From an uncultured Nitrospiraceae bacterium (lineage in GTDB: Bacteria; Nitrospirota; Nitrospiria; Nitrospirales; Nitrospiraceae), in the NCBI GenBank assembly GCA_963846575.1, contig CAWJWJ010000002.1:2624001-2688000 (forward strand): a stretch of DNA of 64,000 nucleotides. The letters run 5' to 3'. Below the pieces are notes generated by a model. That model saw only the letters and a program-made list of their open reading frames with translations. It ran no database searches and was not told the origin of the DNA. The position numbers and the translations under genes are program-made. Positions within the stretch are counted from its first letter, which is position 1. The number at the start of each line of letters is the position of its first letter. Positions 49,818-62,513 of the stretch are shown in pieces.

Positions 49818-50328
49818 TAGGTGGACACTACGATTAGAGCACGGTGCGCCCGGTACTCCTGCCTGCTGAATCAGCTTCGCCAATAGGCCACTCCATCGGG
49901 GCCGATGCCTGGCGCCGATACCCGCCCCGTTGTCCAGGAAAGTATTCATAGAACAACGGGTTGTTGCGCCACGACGGAGCGTCTCGAGGGACGGGACGCC
50001 GCCGGATACCCGCCGCTTCGCTTCGCCATTCCGGACAAAGCTGTGAGTGAGCGTCGACTGATCTCTGCCGTCACCTGCCGGACTATAGAGAAAGCCGCCT
50101 GATCCAGTCGGTTCGGACCCTACCCTGATCGCCGAGATAGTCATGGAATTTCTGAGCACCTCGATCATCAGATGGTTGACCGAAACCAGATCGGTCGGCG
50201 CCAGTTCGGACGATCCCGTTATATGCCTACACCGGAATGGCGCCGGTCGTAGTCCACACGATGCTCACGACCTGTCACAGAGCCCACATAAGAATGCTCC
50301 CCCAACATCATGGCCATGGCAGGCTGGT

Positions 50329-51318
50329 TCAGCCTCCTGTTGCCTCACCTTCTGAGGCGGAACGGACAGCGACGGCTTCGTCGGCAGGCCGCACCAGCGA
50401 TCCGTAGTGGGTGGCATAGACAGCAATAAACACCGCCCCGAACAGAAAAATCTGGCAGGCGTAATAGGCCCACAGCAGTATCAGCACCAGTGCGCCGGCT
50501 CCTCCATATAACGTCACCAGGGCGCTATGCCCCAGATACATCACGATCAGCATGCTGCCGACCATGTATAACACTCCCGTCACTGCGGCTCCGACCCAGA
50601 CGTCGGACCAGGCCACTTTCGCCTGCGGCACCCATTTATAGATGAGGACGAACAGACCGGTCACGATGATGAACGACACGGTGGTGCCGATGACTTCACG
50701 AAGCCATACGGGAGACCCCGAATTCCCTACCACAGACTGCAGTACGATGCTGAGCCACGCGCTGACCGCCAGCGATGCGAGGAGAATGAAGCCTACGCCC
50801 AGCAGCGCAGACACTGACGCGAATCGCTGCCGCATCCGTCCCCACATGCCCCGGGGCCGCTTGGGCCTGACTCCCCAGATACAATCCAAGGCGTCCTGGA
50901 GTTGATCCATGACCTCCGCCATGCCGATGAGGACGAGTCCTAACGCTACGACTTCGCTCAGGAGCGGGGATCCGGCGGATTTCCATTGATCGAGTAGATG
51001 AAACAAACCATTGGCTGCCGGCTCCCCGATGAGATCGGCGATGTGCTCCTGCAGACGTCCCCAATATGCCTCACCGCCCATCCAGGTCGCGGACACCATG
51101 AAGACCAGCACGACAAAGGGCACGATGGTTAATGCCGTATAAAAGGCGAGGGCGGCAGCAAAGCGCGGCCCGGGATCATCGTTCCATTTGTCGATCGTGG
51201 TGATGACGAGGGACTTGACGTGGTGCCAGGGTCGCGCAGACGGTCCCGGTTTATCCGGTGCCTGCGTCATCGCAGGGCAGTTGGCGGCGTGCGAAGCATC
51301 CACCCGGGTTGACTTCAC
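50329..51318 (-). CDS. YihY/virulence factor BrkB family membrane protein
   Basis: AAALAFY, LQDALDCIW, IYKWVP, YGGAGALV..LLWAYY..IFLFGA. Confidence 0.9.
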   Translation of the reverse strand: MKSTRVDASHAANCPAMTQAPDKPGPSARPWHHVKSLVITTIDKWNDDPGPRFAAALAFYTALTIVPFVVLVFMVSATWMGGEAYWGRLQEHIADLIGEPAANGLFHLLDQWKSAGSPLLSEVVALGLVLIGMAEVMDQLQDALDCIWGVRPKRPRGMWGRMRQRFASVSALLGVGFILLASLAVSAWLSIVLQSVVGNSGSPVWLREVIGTTVSFIIVTGLFVLIYKWVPQAKVAWSDVWVGAAVTGVLYMVGSMLIVMYLGHSALVTLYGGAGALVLILLWAYYACQIFLFGAVFIAVYATHYGSLVRPADEAVAVRSASEGEATGG

Positions 51319-51593
51319 GATTTATCCCCCCACATTGTCGCGCAGAAGGCGCCGTCTCCCGCACGTCTCAGCGGGGCCCATATGCGCAGGAGAGAGCTCA
51401 CCGTCACATGGCCGATTCTGCGGCGGGGAACGTAGATAAGACACGGGCCGCTGCTCCAGCCGGTGCGGGACGCACCAGTCAGGGCGGACTTCACCCCTTC
51501 TCGATTGCTTGCGATTGGCCGTTGGTCGTCCGTTCTTCCGACGGGGTGGTGGGTGCCACCAGGCCAGGTCCGGGCGTGACCGTCTGGGAATAT

Positions 51594-52070
51594 TCACGAC
51601 TCCTTGTGAATCTGCTCACTCAAGTATTTCTCGAGCCCCAGGTCCTTGATCAATTTGAGTTGGGTCTCAATCCATTCGATATGACCATCGGTATCCTTTT
51701 GCATCCCCTCGAGCATGTTCCGGGTCGTGAAATCCCCGACCTTCGCGCAATGCGCGACTCCCTCGGCATAGAGCGTGAGCATGGCATGCTCCGCTTTCAG
51801 GTCAAGCTGCAGTTGCTCGGGAACGGTTTCACCGACCTGCACAGTGCCCATCCGCTGCATGTTCGGCACGCCTTCGAGATACAAGATATGCTCGATGAGT
51901 TCTTCGGCATCCTTCATTTCGTCAAAACTTCGCTTGCACACATGGTGGTGCAACCGCTGATAGCCCCAGTTTTCGCACATCTTCGAATGAACGAAATATT
52001 GATTGATGGCCGTCAGGTTCTCGGTCAACGTCCGGTTCAGCAGGTCGATGATCCCCTCTTTAGCCTTCAT
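51594..52070 (-). CDS. bfr: Bacterioferritin (heme-binding type, degenerate ferroxidase centre)
   Basis: 158 aa colinear with E. coli Bfr: [31 protein letters not shown]. Confidence 0.92.
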   Translation of the reverse strand: MKAKEGIIDLLNRTLTENLTAINQYFVHSKMCENWGYQRLHHHVCKRSFDEMKDAEELIEHILYLEGVPNMQRMGTVQVGETVPEQLQLDLKAEHAMLTLYAEGVAHCAKVGDFTTRNMLEGMQKDTDGHIEWIETQLKLIKDLGLEKYLSEQIHKES

Positions 52071-52417
52071 GAGCCGATTCTCCTTCTCACGCTCGTCCCT
52101 TGTTTGCCACAGTCGCTTTCGCGGTCACCCTTCCCGCCACCTACCCAGTATCTCGCTCAACATCTCCGGTTCCCATCTCTTGTGATCCGGACATGGACAA
52201 GCACGCGCTCCATAAAGCCCCCATCGGCATAGCCCCAATCCGCGTCTACGGGAGAGGAAGAGTACGACGTGGCCCCGAGCGCTAACGGGCGATTCCTCCG
52301 TGCTGATGCCGGGCGCCAACACAACATGTCCGGCGGCTCCCGACGAAGGCTGCCGGGGTCAGGGCCGTCGCTGTCGGACAGGAAGGCCTAGCCGCGTTTT
52401 TGTTATGCGACCGAGCG

Positions 52418-52588
52418 TCATTCGTCCCCACCAAGCACCGTGGTCGCATAATCCAGCACGACGCGGCCTTCTCGACACAAGTCCTGAATTTCCGCGGGTG
52501 GCCGCCTCTCCTCAAGAGCCTGGATGAGAAGGTCCAACTGAACGGCGAGCCGACGGGCCGTAAACTGCAACCCGCGCTTCTCATCCAT
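52418..52588 (-). CDS. 56-aa small protein (below ORF-track cutoff)
   Basis: AAGGA RBS; MDEKRGLQFTARRLAVQLDLLIQALEERRPPAEIQDLCREGRVVLDYATTVLGGDE*, two amphipathic helices; co-oriented between 52672 gene and bfr. Confidence 0.6.
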   Translation of the reverse strand: MDEKRGLQFTARRLAVQLDLLIQALEERRPPAEIQDLCREGRVVLDYATTVLGGDE

Positions 52589-52671
52589 GGCGTTCCTTCA
52601 CTAGAGGTCCATCACGCATTGCTTGCCGCGGGACAGGGACAGCATTCCATCAAGGATTTGCTCACCCACCA

Positions 52672-53112
52672 CTACCGGGCATGTTCTCCGCCCACCCAGG
52701 CCGGTGTGCCTTCCCCGTGTCGGAGACGCATCCGTTGCTTTCCGTCGGCGTTGGCGAGTTCGCCTGCGACCAGCATTTTTGTACCGTCCACCACCGCAGG
52801 ACTACAGACGGCGGTCACGAACCGACCCCGGTTCACATCGAACCGATTCCGATATTCCTTCATGTACCAGGCGGGGCCGAGATGTACGCGAACCACGCCG
52901 TGATCGGTCTCCACATCCATTTGCATAAACTCCACGCCGTCTTTCATTTCTACCGTGTGGGTATCGAGGATGGTGCCCTGGACAACCTGGGCACGGTCTT
53001 CCGAATACAGCTTCGCTGAGGCTTCTGCCGGTTCAAACGGTATCGTATCGGCAACGGGCAATGCATAGACACCATTGACCGCTGTGAAGAGTAATAATTC
53101 AGGCAGCATCAT
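52672..53112 (-). CDS. Exported hypothetical protein, probable OB-fold (VHLGPAWY family)
   Basis: AAGGAG RBS, hydrophobic leader, VRVHLGPAWY and RLRHGEGTPAW motifs. Confidence 0.75.
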   Translation of the reverse strand: MMLPELLLFTAVNGVYALPVADTIPFEPAEASAKLYSEDRAQVVQGTILDTHTVEMKDGVEFMQMDVETDHGVVRVHLGPAWYMKEYRNRFDVNRGRFVTAVCSPAVVDGTKMLVAGELANADGKQRMRLRHGEGTPAWVGGEHAR

Positions 53113-54065
53113 CCGTCTCCTTCGGTTTCAAGTCGTTTCACCCCTTGAGCGTTCACCACCGGGGGGAGCGGCAGTCACTTCGGGATATCCCTGCGAGGGC
53201 TCGATACCACATGAGACCTCATTAGCCGGGCGCTGAAGCACCGTTGCGCCATCGAACCTGCTTCGCTAGTTCGAATTCAACGCAGTGCCACATGGGCAAG
53301 GTAATGCCTTTTAACTCAGAGTAGCGTCCCTAAGGGGGGGATCATACTAGGAGTGTCCCTCGCCCGTGAATCCGTTCGCGGCCACGAGCAACTTTCTGAC
53401 CCAGCACCTGCCCCGTCCGCGACACTTCTACGCGGCGCGACGCAGGTGTCAGATGTTCATTAGATCCATGTCTGCACAGGATACCTCGTCATACGAGGGT
53501 TGTTCTGACAATGCCGTGGGCCCTACGTGAGGCTAATCACGAGCGGATGAACGAGCATCTTCCTGCAACGCTATCGGTCTGTGATGAGAGACACCGTTCG
53601 AGGCTCACCGGGACCGGTAACATCACAACCAAGAGGTGTGGGCAGTCCATCAGGAAGTGCTTGGGCTATGTCCGGGATACGGGACATCCTGAGTTGTCAC
53701 GATACGTCAAAGGCCAGGACGGGAACGTGAGCGGGCAGAGGGAGAGTAACGGTGGGGGAAGGACGGGACCGGGAATGCCCGGCTCACGAGGGTGTTGAAG
53801 CACTACTTCGCGAGGTTTGGCGCAGGAGAAGAATCATCGGATGATCGGACATGGGAGTGAAGCGTGATGGGGGGGGCCGGCTCGCCAATCTCCGCAATGC
53901 TGAACCGTCATTGGCTTCCCCGCATTCGGTCCAGATAATTCGGGCAACCGACAACCCCCTCCATGCGCCAGCTCAAGCAACGATACCGTCCCCTAGGAGG
54001 GCGGATCATATATTTCCCCCAGACCGCGATTTGCACCTGTCATGACTTCGTCATTCCGGTCGGCC

Positions 54066-54320
54066 TTAGCTCATGACGCATTCAGAATCCACTGCCGCGT
54101 CCACCAGGGATTCGAGCGCCCGGGCACCTTTGGCCATCGAGATTCCCTCGTACACGCGCGCTGCTGCCGCCGACCAGGCCGGGTTGAAGGGTTCGCCGCG
54201 AAAGGCAGCCTCGGCTGCCTTCTTCTCGTCATAGGTGAGGCCTCGGGGAGATTCGGCACTTGCGTTCGATGCATCAGCTGCGTTTCCGGTCGGATCAGCG
54301 TTCATCATGTTCCTTGCCAT
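54066..54320 (-). CDS. Small hypothetical protein (LTYDEKKAAEAAF motif)
   Basis: AGGAGG RBS before ATG 54320; sigma54 promoter upstream. Confidence 0.75.
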   Translation of the reverse strand: MARNMMNADPTGNAADASNASAESPRGLTYDEKKAAEAAFRGEPFNPAWSAAAARVYEGISMAKGARALESLVDAAVDSECVMS

Positions 54321-54401
54321 GCTGCCTCCTTGAGGATCCGTAAAGGTGTCTGACGTACGATTCCGATAAATCGACTCTCCGCCTGCTTCTATTCTACGTA
54401 G

Positions 54402-54417
54402 AGCAAACTTAATGCCA
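54402..54417 (-). promoter_or_regulatory. sigma54 promoter
   Basis: TGGCATTAAGTTTGCT = GG-N10-GC, about 80 bp upstream of ATG 54320. Confidence 0.75.
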
Positions 54418-54696
54418 CGATGCCGGTGCTCCAAGCGAAACCCTGTCTCCAATTCTCTTCAGCATTGGCGGGGGCTTGCTGGCCCGTCGAGATTTGGAAT
54501 TATTACAGTCTCACAGCGAGGGAAACGGAAGGAAGAGACTGGGGATTCGGCGGTAAGGCTGTGGTCAATTCACACAGCGATCGTGTCAATTGTGACACGG
54601 ATAAAAGGATCCAGCACAGTTAGATGAGATGGCAGGGAAGCTTGGGTAGCGTCAGTCTTGACGGAACCGGTTCGGCCGGCAGCACGGCCCACATGG

Positions 54697-55593
54697 CTAC
54701 CTCTGTAACCTCATGTGGTCCATTTTTTTCTGGATGCTCTGTACGCACACCGGGCAATAGCCGTGAGAAAAGACCGCTTCGGAATGTTCACTGATGTAAA
54801 TCTCTATCGGCACCCATTGGTCGTGATCATCGCGGATCTTTTTGCAGGAGGCGCACACGGAGAGTAATCCTTCAAGACGCTTCAAGTTGGCCAACGCGTC
54901 CTGCAGTTCTTTCAAGAGCCTCGAGCGTTCGTCCTCCTCCTCTTTCTGCTGCGTGATATCTTGCGCGAAGGTCGACGCGCTCACCGTGATTCCGCGCTCG
55001 TCGACGATCGGTGAGATGGTCATCGAAACGCGGCGTTCGCGATGATCCTTGGTCGTCCACACCGTTTCGACCGGCTGGATGTGTTCTCCCTGTTTGACGC
55101 GCGCCAGCAGATCGGCCACTTCCTTCCGATGATCTTCCGGCAGGAGGATCGAGAGCGGTTGCCCCATGATCTCGGCAGCCTGGTAGGCGCAGAGATGTTC
55201 CGCGCCGGGATTCCAGGTTTCAATTTTTCCTTCCAAAGTTGTACTGAGGATTGCCTCGTGGGACGAGGTGACCACCGCCGCCAGGCGTGCGGTCTCCGCG
55301 ATGCTCCGTCGATAATAATAGACCAGTGTTGCCGTGGCCCAGATGGTGATCAACGCCAACTCCCGGTTGGCCAATGCATAGGGAGTCAGAAGACTCACCG
55401 ACGGGATGGGGAAGGAGCCGAGAATGACGAGCACCGAGCTGAGGGCCGCAATCTGCAGCGTGAATGCAGGCCGGGGAGAACGCACCGTAATCAACACCGC
55501 GGCGACGTAGAGCACGCCGCAAGCCACGCCTGTCGGCGTCACCAGGTCAAGGCCGAAGACTAGCCCGGTAATGAGCAGCGTCGTCAAGTCCAA
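54697..55593 (-). CDS. Membrane PAS-domain sensor with C-terminal Cys/His zinc-binding domain, no kinase domain
   Basis: 3-4 TM, PAS/PAC (WNPGAE..DITQQK), coiled coil, CASCKKIRDD...SHGYCPVC. Confidence 0.85.
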   Translation of the reverse strand: MDLTTLLITGLVFGLDLVTPTGVACGVLYVAAVLITVRSPRPAFTLQIAALSSVLVILGSFPIPSVSLLTPYALANRELALITIWATATLVYYYRRSIAETARLAAVVTSSHEAILSTTLEGKIETWNPGAEHLCAYQAAEIMGQPLSILLPEDHRKEVADLLARVKQGEHIQPVETVWTTKDHRERRVSMTISPIVDERGITVSASTFAQDITQQKEEEDERSRLLKELQDALANLKRLEGLLSVCASCKKIRDDHDQWVPIEIYISEHSEAVFSHGYCPVCVQSIQKKMDHMRLQR

Positions 55594-55844
55594 CGGCGAC
55601 AGGATCAGATCCTCCCTCAGTTTGTACCGATGGGAATCCGGAAAGGTCTGTCAGCATTCTTACCGACTCGGACAAGACTACGGTAATCACATTTCCTCGT
55701 AAAATCTAGAAAAGTCGGTTATTCAGCACCGGCGGAAATCTGCCGCACCGTAATAATAGGACTGCTGGTGAGGATGTCAGCATGAAGGGATCCGGCGAAC
55801 AGGGAGTCGTGACATCACGGACAGTCAGGCATGGGGGAATTCTT

Positions 55845-56315
55845 TCAAGATAGTTTCGGAGGTTCCTCGCTGGCCAGGGCAACGCGTACTTTGTCCAATA
55901 ACACGTCGCCCGTGAAGGGCTTCTGCAGGAATGAATACTGTCGAAGCAGCCCACTCATCCCACGTCCTCCAAGTTTCCACGTCGAGCTGGCTGACATGAT
56001 CATCAGTCGGCTCGATGGCCGTTTTCTGCGCAACATCGGCAACAGTTTATCCCCGTGCATGCGTGGAGGAGCACTGGCGCTGCTATCCATCTGAACAGAC
56101 CGCGGGTAGAGCATCACGTCGAGGAGGATCAGATCAATTTTCTTCGGATAGTCGGTGCAAACTTGAAGGGCCTCAGCGCTGCCGATGGCCTTCAGTACGA
56201 TATATCCTTGGGCGCCCAGAACGGTCGCGCATAGATCGAGCATGTCCGTATCGTCGTCCACGATAAGCACTGTGGAGGCGTCGGTTGTTGGCATCGATTC
56301 CGTCGTCGTTGTCAT
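55845..56315 (-). CDS. Single-domain response regulator
   Basis: VLIVDDD, DLILLD, MSA, FLQKPF; GGGAGG RBS. Confidence 0.88.
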   Translation of the reverse strand: MTTTTESMPTTDASTVLIVDDDTDMLDLCATVLGAQGYIVLKAIGSAEALQVCTDYPKKIDLILLDVMLYPRSVQMDSSASAPPRMHGDKLLPMLRRKRPSSRLMIMSASSTWKLGGRGMSGLLRQYSFLQKPFTGDVLLDKVRVALASEEPPKLS

Positions 56316-56869
56316 GTACCTCCCGTTTACTGCTGCCGGTCATCCCGCCGGCAGGCTCAAGCCTTTGGACTCTAAGCCGACCACCGGTTCGCTGGTGGAT
56401 TGACATGGCCGCTGTTCAGCAGCGACTGAAGAATATTCTTAGAACCTATGTCTGGAATGTCTGACGGGTTCGCTCTGAAGAGACTGGATGGAGCATGCAC
56501 AACCCTTACGTGACACATCAGTCAAGTTGTCATCGTGCCTCGCAGATTGCACTTCCTCGGGAACCAGGCATTGTTGAGAACTACCCGTCCTGACAGACTA
56601 TTCGAGCCGGTCCCAGTGGCCTCTTTCACCATGCAAACCATAGACTTACCGTAACCTTAGACCGTCCGCCCCTGGACCTAGGATAATCCCTAGTATGCCC
56701 TCAAATCCACTATTCTCCAAACGAAGGCGCAATTAACACACTTCAAGGGCCAGATGAGATGATTCGCACCGTCAGGAATGACGCGTTCCCCCCCGGCGGA
56801 TGAATCATCCACGAGTCACGCGCGTATTGTGTGCTGCAGAACTGAGGTTCCGCGGTGGCGGACGATCGA

Positions 56870-57061
56870 TCATGTGGACGCCTCATAGTAACTCACCTCG
56901 CAGTGCTGCCCGCACTTGGCACAGTGGCCCTGCCGCTGTCTGAGTTCACCACCGGGTGTCCAGGTATCAAGGAGATTGTCCAAGCGCTCACGATCCTCCG
57001 GCGTGGCCGCCATCGCGACTTTTATCAGGCAGGCCCGGCAATAGGCTACAGGATGATCCAT
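56870..57061 (-). CDS. Putative 63-aa zinc-finger microprotein
   Basis: MDHPVAYCRAC...HCAKCGQ; no clear RBS. Confidence 0.45.
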   Translation of the reverse strand: MDHPVAYCRACLIKVAMAATPEDRERLDNLLDTWTPGGELRQRQGHCAKCGQHCEVSYYEAST

Positions 57062-57610
57062 GGCTATGAGGTAGCAGGGGAAGAATAATGGACGAAAGCC
57101 TCCCCACCCTTGTTCCGATGCCATGCCCGGCGAGGCCCGGACTGGCGGCGTCGAGGCGGGGCGGGGTTGATCAGGAGCCTGTTGGGCTGTACGAGGATCC
57201 GACAATGCGAGCAGAAGCGTACCGACTCGTCCATAAGAAGAACTCGAAGAGCGATTGGTCCAGTGGTTCAAAGCGACCGCACCTATCGTACCATGGAACC
57301 GTCCAAACGGAGCGGTGCCACGTATCTCGACAAGCGCCTGCATCGAATCCCGAAAATGTCGAATGCTTCTGCGGAGCAGCGCTTGAAACCTGTCCCCGCC
57401 TTATGTGTGCACTTCCGCGCCAGGGCTGTCCTGACCGACTCTCGAGTCTGTCGGCTCCGACAGGATTGACGGTTAGGGGCAGGTCCCTCAGGACAAAGGA
57501 GGGCACAAGGATGCGCCAATGCCTCTCCACTGGGCGAGTATAATGTGATCAGCAACAGAACCTGGTGGGTAAACCAGTCACAGGTTCATGCGTTGTACGC
57601 GGTAGGACAT

Positions 57611-58270
57611 ATGAGAAGGGAGGACGTCATATTATCTCTAACGGCCGCCCTTGAACTCACCCTCGAACGAGGCTGGCAGGGGCTTGCCTGCGTCCTCTTC
57701 TTCTCTATCATGCTCTTCCCATTGCCCGATGTCGCGCAGGCCCAGGCATTCGGGTCGGCGGAGGAGTGCCAAACATATACCGGTGACGCCCATATCAGCT
57801 GCCTGTATGCCTACATTGAGCGGCAGCAGAAAAGGCTTTCGGAGATCGAAGCACAAGTGGGTAGCCCTGGGCAGCAATTCGTGCCGCAGGAAACCATGTT
57901 CCGCGACATCCCCGCGCCGGTGCCGGCATCTGCAGCAGGCCAACGCTACATGGACCCCGCGCTCGCACCAGGCTTTGCCTATGCCGGATACGGATATCCA
58001 GGAATACCTTACTGGTATCCGCCCTACGGTGCGGGATTCGGCCTCTCTGCTTTTCCCGGGTTGGGAATCTCGATCGGTGTGGGTGGCCCAGGTTACTACG
58101 TAAGGCCGTTTAATCGACCGCGTTACCTCTACCGGTCACCCGGATTCTACCGGCCGCGTTTCTCGTTTGGACCTCGATTGTACCGCTCCCATGTCTATCC
58201 GGGTTCCCGATTCTATTCCGGTTCCCGCTTCCACTCCGGCTACCGATCTTTCGGTCGTCACCACCGATAA
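57611..58270 (+). CDS. Exported hypothetical protein with Gly/Tyr/Pro/Arg-rich low-complexity tail
   Basis: Hydrophobic leader ending AQA, Cys pair, short coiled coil, G/Y/P then R/Y/F/S-rich tail. Confidence 0.7.
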   Translation: MRREDVILSLTAALELTLERGWQGLACVLFFSIMLFPLPDVAQAQAFGSAEECQTYTGDAHISCLYAYIERQQKRLSEIEAQVGSPGQQFVPQETMFRDIPAPVPASAAGQRYMDPALAPGFAYAGYGYPGIPYWYPPYGAGFGLSAFPGLGISIGVGGPGYYVRPFNRPRYLYRSPGFYRPRFSFGPRLYRSHVYPGSRFYSGSRFHSGYRSFGRHHR

Positions 58271-58512
58271 GCAGCCACACAGTCAGCAGGAAGATCATGC
58301 TGGAGGAGCAACGTCCTATGGACCCGTGTACCGGAGCGGGGCCAAGGCCGAAACCTTGTCCGTCCTAGCCCCTCGGTCTCTGCACCCGCGGCCAGGCGCA
58401 AGACCCTGCCCTCTCCAACGGCCCTGGAGTCAGGGAGCACATTTGCGGAGTGGAGGAATTCCCGCCTGGCCTGCTACTGACCCTGTGTCTCTCTTTTGGT
58501 CTGGAGGTCTCG

Positions 58513-58722
58513 CTATTCGGCCTGAACGCAAATACCATCAAGCCTGGCGATGACGACGTTTTTGTACCGATAAGTCTTCTCTGCCCAGGAAGCCAACTCC
58601 TTAAGCGCGCGATCGCATGCTTCCTTGGACGAGAATTCCACGGTCTGAATAGCCGGACCGAACGGACTGGTATCGTTACCACTCCCGACAGTCAGGAAAA
58701 ATAGGAAGAGAATCCATTTCAT
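58513..58722 (-). CDS. Small secreted two-Cys protein
   Basis: MKWILFLFFLTV..., FSSKEAC...GICV. Confidence 0.55.
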   Translation of the reverse strand: MKWILFLFFLTVGSGNDTSPFGPAIQTVEFSSKEACDRALKELASWAEKTYRYKNVVIARLDGICVQAE

Positions 58723-59258
58723 CACTGAACCAACCAGCCGCGGACTGTGAAGGCCCACCTCTCATCCTAAGCGAGGTAGTGCGAAGGCAGGCCTGAGATC
58801 AGTGATACCACATTTACGATCCATCTCTTCACGTCTCCCGCCCTACTCCGTTTCGACGCGTCATGACGTAGTCGCTGCGGCTCTCATCGATCATGGCCGG
58901 GACAGATTGATGTGCTTTGCCGCACATGGCGTCCTCTCGTCCTGTCATACACATTTCACATCAGCTCAATTCTTCTGTGCCGCCGTGCTGTAAGACTAGC
59001 CCCATGCTAAAACCGCCCAGGCAACTGCTCTTACCTTCGATCCAGATCGGGGTCATGGCAAGATGACTGTCCATGTACCGCTGCCGTGATGGTGGCGGGC
59101 GCTTCTATCAGTTTCGCCGGGGGTCTCAGTCAGACTTCATATTTCCTGCCGCCTCGCGGCCAATCCAGATCATGAGTGCTCCGCTCAACAACGACTCGCT
59201 AAACCCGTTGTGCCCATTTGATCAGAGGAGCCGATGGGACAACGGTCGCCTCGAACGG

Positions 59259-61759
<2,501 letters not shown>

Positions 61760-61817
61760 CTAGTGATTGATTGAAGGTCGGGCTTACTCTGAATCAGAAG
61801 ATGGCCTGTATGTAGGT

Positions 61818-62099
61818 TCATTCTACTCCTTGGTTCATTCCGCGAGACACTCGGGACAGATGGGTGAAGCTGTCCGCCGCCTTATCGCTCTGGTAACCCA
61901 GGTCGGTGCTGGCAGGTAAAGGTGTCTTCGACGGCGCACTCGACGTCCACCGTTTCTTGCAAGACCCACAGATCACGAGATGGTAGTTGTCACCGGCCCT
62001 ATCCAGACCGAACGGCCGATACTCCTCCCCGAGAGCGCCGTCGCAATTCTGCAAAGTAGATGCGTGCGCTTCAGAGCCTGGTTACGCGGCGAAGCTCAT
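61818..62099 (-). pseudogene. Probable small zinc-ribbon protein broken by 1-2 indels
   Basis: RNQALKRTHLLC in one frame joins QNCDG...ICGSCKKRW in another, giving CQNC...CGSC. Confidence 0.4.
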
Positions 62100-62513
62100 A
62101 TGACGATTGTTATGGCAAGGATTATTCCCCGATCGGAGGCGGCACGGACGGCGTCACAAAGATCCTGTATTCGTGAGACTTCTCCCGCTGATGCAGGTCG
62201 AACCCATGTGCCGTGCCGGGATGCTTTGGGGCAATTGGGGGCAGCCAACTACTCTCTCGAGGGCAAGACTCCCCAAAAAACCGCGCCAGGACGACCATTG
62301 CACGGGTTAGGCTCTGGGGGAAACTGCTGAGAACGGGGAATCAGTGACCGGCAGATCAAACCACTCAGACTTCTTCGCCAGCATCATCCTGCTCAACCAA
62401 TCGTGCAGGGGCGACGTTGGGAACACGCAGTTGCTCCAAGCTGAAGTCATGTTCCATGTTCTCACGGCATCCTGCAGCATCCGCTTCCCCGCAATTCTGC
62501 GAAGGACCTGGAA

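Noticed and set aside
52672..53112. Magnetosome gene cluster
   Set aside because: At most one weakly recalled domain similarity; no mam-like neighbours.
53275..53290. Possible sigma54 promoter TGGCACTGCGTTGAAT for the 52672-53112 gene
   Set aside because: Spacing is one base short and the -12 element is GA rather than GC.
62181..62513. Possible gene relic downstream of the Fe-S gene
   Set aside because: Short frames with no family motif I can recognise.
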